NCBI RefSeq assembly: GCF_964213995.1
Contig: NW_027590151.1
Span: 806,001-870,000, forward strand
Direction: 5' to 3'
DNA: 64,000 bases
DNA from: Mustelus asterias
Taxonomy: Eukaryota
Position numbers and translations under genes: made by a program. The notes beneath the pieces are model-generated. The model was not told where the DNA came from. It worked only from the letters and a program-made list of their open reading frames with translations, and did no database searches. Shown here piece after piece: positions 59,977 through 64,000 of this stretch; the stretch's first letter is position 1; every line of letters starts with the position of its first letter.

Positions 59977-62889
59977 TTGGGGGGAGGGAATCGAAATGAG
60001 GGGACTGAGAGCGAGGAGGTTAGCTCGCAAATAGATAAGGAATGTAAACAGGGTAAGAGGGAGGTTAGACGAGTGATGGAGAAGGGAAGTGCTCAGGCTG
60101 AAGGTCTGAGATGTGTCTATTTTAATGCCAGGAGTGTAGTGAATAAAGTGGATGAGCTTAGAGCGTGGATTGCTGCTTCGAATTGTGATGTGGTGGCCAT
60201 TACGGAGACTTGGATGTCTCAGGGACAGGACTGGGTGCTTCAGGTGCCGGGTTTTAGATGTTTCAGGAAGGACAGGGAGGGAGGCAAGAGAGGGGGGGGA
60301 GTGGCACTGTTGATCAGGGATAGTGTCACGGCTGTAGAGGAGGTGGACGCCGTGGAGGGATTGACTACGGAGTCTCTGTGGGTGGAGGTGAGGAACAGGA
60401 AGGGGTCGGTAACGTTGCTGGGTGTTTTCTATAGGCCGCCCAATAGTAACAGAGATGTTGAGGAGCAGATGGGGAAACAGATCCTGGAGAGATGTAGGAA
60501 TAACAGAGTTGTCGTGATGGGAGATTTTAATTTCCCAAACATAGATTGGAATATCCCTAGGGCTAGGGGTTTGGATGGAGAGGAGTTTGTTAGGTGTGTC
60601 CAGGAGAGTTTCCTGACACAGTATGTGGATAAGCCTACTAGAGGAGAGGCTGTACTTGATCTGGTGCTGGCTAATGAACCTGGACAGGTGGAGGATCTCT
60701 CGGTGGGTGAGCATCTTGGGGATAGCGATCATAATTCTATCTCCTTCACGATAGCATTGGAAAGAGATAGGATCAGGCAGGCTAGGAAAGTGTTTCTCTG
60801 GAGTAAAGGGAAATACAGTGTCATCAGGGAGGAAATTAGACGGGTAAATTGGAAGGAGGCATTCTTGGGGAAAAGTACCGAAGGAAAGTGGAGGATTTTC
60901 AAGGAATGTTTGTCTGGAGCTCTGCATGACAACGTTCCGATGAGACAGGGGGGTGTTGGTAGGGTACGGGAACCGTGGTGCACGAAGGTTGTGATGAACC
61001 TGGTGAATAAGAAAAGAGAGGCGTACAGAAGGTTCAGAGAGCTAGGAGGTGTTAAGGATTTAGAGGAGTATACGGGATGTAGGAAGGAGCTTAAGAAGGA
61101 AATTAGGAGAGCGAGAAGGGGTCATGAGAAGGCCTTGGCGGGTAAGATTAAGGAGAATCCCAAGGCTTTCTACAAATATGTCAAGAGTAAAAGGATGAGA
61201 TGTGAAGGCATAGGACCCTTAAAAGGTGAAGGGGGAAAAGTTTGTGCGGAACCGTTAGAAATGGCGGAGCTGCTTAATGAATACTTTACCTCGGTATTCA
61301 CGGTGGAAAGGGATCTGGGTGGTTGTACTGCTGGTTTGCGGTGGACAGAAAGGATCGAGCATGTGGACATAAAGAAAGAGGATGTGTTGGAACTATTGAA
61401 TGGCATCAAGGTTGGTAAGTCGCCGGGACCGGATGGGATGTACCCCAGGTTACTGTGGGAGGCGAGGGAGGAGATTGCGGAGCCTTTGGCGATGATCTTT
61501 GCATCGTCGATGGAGACGGGAGAGGTTCCGGAGGATTGGAGGATTGCAGATGTGGTCCCTATATTCAAGAAAGGGAACAGGGACAGCCCGGGAAATTACC
61601 GACCGGTGAGTCTAACCTCAGTGGTTGGTAAGTTGATGGAGAGGATCCTGAGAGACAGGATTTATGATCATCTAGAGAAGTTTAGTATGATCAAAAGTAG
61701 TCAGCACGGCTTTGTCAAGGGCAGGTCGTGCCTTACGAGCCTGGTTGAGTTCTTTGAAAATGTGACCAAACACATTGACGAAGGAAGAGCGGTGGATGTG
61801 GTCTATATGGACTTCAGCAAGGCGTTCGATAAGGTCCCCCATGCAAGACTTCTTGAGAAAGTGAGAGGGCATGGGATCCAAGGGGCTGTTGCCTTGTGGA
61901 TCCAGAACTGGCTTGCCTGCAGAAGGCAGAGAGTGGCTGTGGAGGGGTCTTTCTCTGCATGGAGGTCAGTGACCAGTGGAGTGCCCCAGGGATCTGTTCT
62001 GGGACCCTTGCTGTTTGTCATTTTCATAAATGACCTGGATGAGGAAGTGGAGGGATGGGTTGGTAAGTTTGCTGACGACACCAAGGTAGGTGGTGTTGTG
62101 GATAGTTTGGAGGGATGTCAGAAGTTGCAGCGAGACATAGATAGAATGCAAGACTGGGCGGAGAAGTGGCAGATGGACTTCAACCCGGATAAGTGTGTGG
62201 TGATCCATTTTGGCAGATCCAATGGGATGAAGCAGCAGTATAATATGAAGGGTACCATTCTTAGCAGTGTAGAGGATCAGAAGGACCTTGGGGTCCGGGT
62301 CCATAGGACTCTTAAATCGGCCTCGCAAGTGGAGGATGCGGTCAAGAAGGCGTACGGCGTACTGGCCTTCATTAATCGAGGGATTGAGTTTAGGAGTCGG
62401 GAGATAATGCTGCAGCTTTATAGGACCCTGGTTAGACCCCACTTGGAGTACTGCGCGCAGTTCTGGTCACCTCATTACAGGAAAGATGTTGAAGCCATTG
62501 AAAGGGTGCAGAGGAGATTTACAAGGATGTTGCCTGGATTGGGGGGCATGCCTTATGAGGATAGGTTGAGGGAGCTTGGTCTCTTCTCCCTGGAGAGACG
62601 AAGGATGAGAGGTGACCTGATAGAGGTTTACAAGATGTTGAGAGGTCTGGATAGGGTAGACTCTCAGAGGCTATTTCCAAGGGCTGAAATGGTTGCTACG
62701 AGAGGACACAGGTTTAAGGTGCTGGGGGGTAGGTACAGAGGAGATGTCAGGGGTAAGTTTTTCACTCAGAGGGTGGTGGGTGAGTGGATTCGGCTGACGT
62801 CGGTGGTGGTGGAGGCAAACTCGTTGGGGTCTTTTAAGAGACTTCTGGATGAGTACATGGGATTTAATGGGATTGAGGGCTATAGATAG
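59977..62889 (+). CDS. CR1 ORF2: APE endonuclease + reverse transcriptase, intact (first ATG 60076)
   Basis: YFNARS, ITETW, MGDFN, SDH, QHGF, GVPQGSVLGP, FADD. Confidence 0.95.
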   Translation: MGGGNRNEGTESEEVSSQIDKECKQGKREVRRVMEKGSAQAEGLRCVYFNARSVVNKVDELRAWIAASNCDVVAITETWMSQGQDWVLQVPGFRCFRKDREGGKRGGGVALLIRDSVTAVEEVDAVEGLTTESLWVEVRNRKGSVTLLGVFYRPPNSNRDVEEQMGKQILERCRNNRVVVMGDFNFPNIDWNIPRARGLDGEEFVRCVQESFLTQYVDKPTRGEAVLDLVLANEPGQVEDLSVGEHLGDSDHNSISFTIALERDRIRQARKVFLWSKGKYSVIREEIRRVNWKEAFLGKSTEGKWRIFKECLSGALHDNVPMRQGGVGRVREPWCTKVVMNLVNKKREAYRRFRELGGVKDLEEYTGCRKELKKEIRRARRGHEKALAGKIKENPKAFYKYVKSKRMRCEGIGPLKGEGGKVCAEPLEMAELLNEYFTSVFTVERDLGGCTAGLRWTERIEHVDIKKEDVLELLNGIKVGKSPGPDGMYPRLLWEAREEIAEPLAMIFASSMETGEVPEDWRIADVVPIFKKGNRDSPGNYRPVSLTSVVGKLMERILRDRIYDHLEKFSMIKSSQHGFVKGRSCLTSLVEFFENVTKHIDEGRAVDVVYMDFSKAFDKVPHARLLEKVRGHGIQGAVALWIQNWLACRRQRVAVEGSFSAWRSVTSGVPQGSVLGPLLFVIFINDLDEEVEGWVGKFADDTKVGGVVDSLEGCQKLQRDIDRMQDWAEKWQMDFNPDKCVVIHFGRSNGMKQQYNMKGTILSSVEDQKDLGVRVHRTLKSASQVEDAVKKAYGVLAFINRGIEFRSREIMLQLYRTLVRPHLEYCAQFWSPHYRKDVEAIERVQRRFTRMLPGLGGMPYEDRLRELGLFSLERRRMRGDLIEVYKMLRGLDRVDSQRLFPRAEMVATRGHRFKVLGGRYRGDVRGKFFTQRVVGEWIRLTSVVVEANSLGSFKRLLDEYMGFNGIEGYR

Positions 62890-63324
62890 GCCTAGAGGTG
62901 GGGATGTGATCGGCGCAACTTGTGGGCCGAAGGGCCTGTTTGTGCTGTGGCTTTCTATGTTCTATGTTCTATGGAGAGAGAATAGAGCCAACGTTTCGGG
63001 TCTGGATAACCCCCTGCCTTGAAATGTTGGCTCTATTCTCTCTCGGTGGTAGTCATGATGTGGAGATGGCGGCGTTGGACTGGGGTAAACACAGTAAGAG
63101 TTTTAACAACACCAGGTTAAAGTCCAACAGGTTTATTTGGTAGCAAATGCCATTAGCTTTCAGAGCGCTGCTCCTTCGTCAGATGGAGTGGATATCTGCT
63201 CATAAACAAGGCGTACAGAGACACAAACTCAAGTTACAGAATACTGATTAGAATGCGAATCTTTACAGCTAATCAACTCTTAAAGATACAGACAATGTGA
63301 GTGGTGAGAGCATTAGGTCACGGT

Positions 63325-63657
63325 ACCTCCTCTTGCAACTCGGCCAACATTGTCTACCTGATATGCTGCAGGAAAGGATGTCCTGAGGCATGGTACATTG
63401 GGGAAACCATGCAGACGCTACGACAACGGATGAATGAACACCGCTCGACAATCACCAGGCAAGACTGTTCTCTTCTTGTGGAGGAGCACTTCAGCGGTCA
63501 CAGGCATTCGGCCTCTGATCTTCAGGTAAGCGTTCTCCAAGGCGGCCTTCACGACACACGACAGCGCAGAGTCGCTGAGCAGAAACTGATAGCCAAGTTC
63601 CGCACACATGAGGACGGCCTAAACCGGGATCTTGGGTTCATGTCACACTATCAGTAA
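63325..63657 (+). CDS. Penelope GIY-YIG endonuclease domain (C-terminal fragment)
   Basis: NIVYLICCRKGCPEAWYIGET..LRQRMNEH...HF...EQKLI...GLN. Confidence 0.85.
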   Translation, partial: TSSCNSANIVYLICCRKGCPEAWYIGETMQTLRQRMNEHRSTITRQDCSLLVEEHFSGHRHSASDLQVSVLQGGLHDTRQRRVAEQKLIAKFRTHEDGLNRDLGFMSHYQ

Positions 63658-63864
63658 CCCCCACAACTTGCCTGGCTTGCAAAATCTCACTGGCTGTCCT
63701 GTCTTGAGACTATACACATTTCTTTAACCTGTGCCTAATGCTCTCTCCACTCACATTGTCTGTATCTTTAAGACCTGATTAGCTGTAAAGATTCGCATTC
63801 TAATCAGTATTCTGTAACTTGATTTTGTGTCTCTGTATGCCCTGTTTGTGAGCAGATTTCCACT

Positions 63865-63901
63865 CCATCTGACGAAGGAGCAGTGCTCCGAAAGCTAATG
63901 G
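63865..63901 (+). ncRNA. Minimal hammerhead ribozyme (second copy on the minus strand, 63150-63186)
   Basis: CCAT CTGACGA A GGAGC-AGT-GCTCC GAAA GC TA ATGG: perfect stems I and II; predicted cleavage after 63897. Confidence 0.75.
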
Positions 63902-64000
63902 CATTTGCTACCAAATAAACCTGTTGGACTTTAACCTGGTGTTGTTAAAACTCTTACTCTATTCTCTCTCCACAGATGCTGTCAGACTTACTGGGATTTT

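Larger units (their letters stand above)
58497..62971 (+). mobile_element. Full-length, apparently intact CR1 LINE
   Basis: 5' UTR with duplicated monomer, ORF1, ORF2 and (TTCTATG)n tail; inserted in a Penelope-derived fold-back element (58417-58496 / 62972-64000). Confidence 0.95.
63045..63956 (+). mobile_element. Truncated Penelope-like element with inverted pseudo-LTRs
   Basis: 63090-63310 is the reverse complement of ~63745-63956; 14-bp TSD CTCTATTCTCTCTC (63031-63044/63957-63970). Confidence 0.9.

Noticed and set aside
59968-60927. 319-aa and other antisense ORFs over CR1
   Set aside because: No recognisable motifs, and not conserved at this length in the 34-38 kb element; expected from the strand's purine bias.

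Overview
Eukaryotic (vertebrate) DNA, most likely from a shark or other elasmobranch: it carries many HE1-type V-SINEs plus the CR1/HER1-type LINEs that share their 3' tail. The window is a transposon-saturated cluster of tandem C2H2 zinc-finger (ZNF) genes with no visible KRAB, SCAN or BTB domain. There are nine recognisable loci plus two relics. Three look intact (2621-3463, 24790-25728, 53604-54359); the others carry nonsense, frameshift, start-loss or SINE lesions. Eight loci sit as four head-to-head pairs around CpG-rich promoters. Between them lie one full-length and one 5'-truncated CR1 LINE with intact ORF2, many decayed CR1, L2 and Rex1 fragments, Penelope elements with minimal hammerhead ribozymes, solo LTRs and Copia-like relics. 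The most striking signal is that all three CR1 ORF1/ORF2 junctions present, from three divergent subfamilies, end ORF1 with the canonical -1 frameshift heptamer U UUA AAC directly before the stop, followed by G-rich tracts. In the two intact copies ORF2 is open in the -1 frame from that point, suggesting a gag-pol-like ORF1-ORF2 fusion in a non-LTR retrotransposon. All calls were made by eye; boundaries of decayed repeats are approximate.
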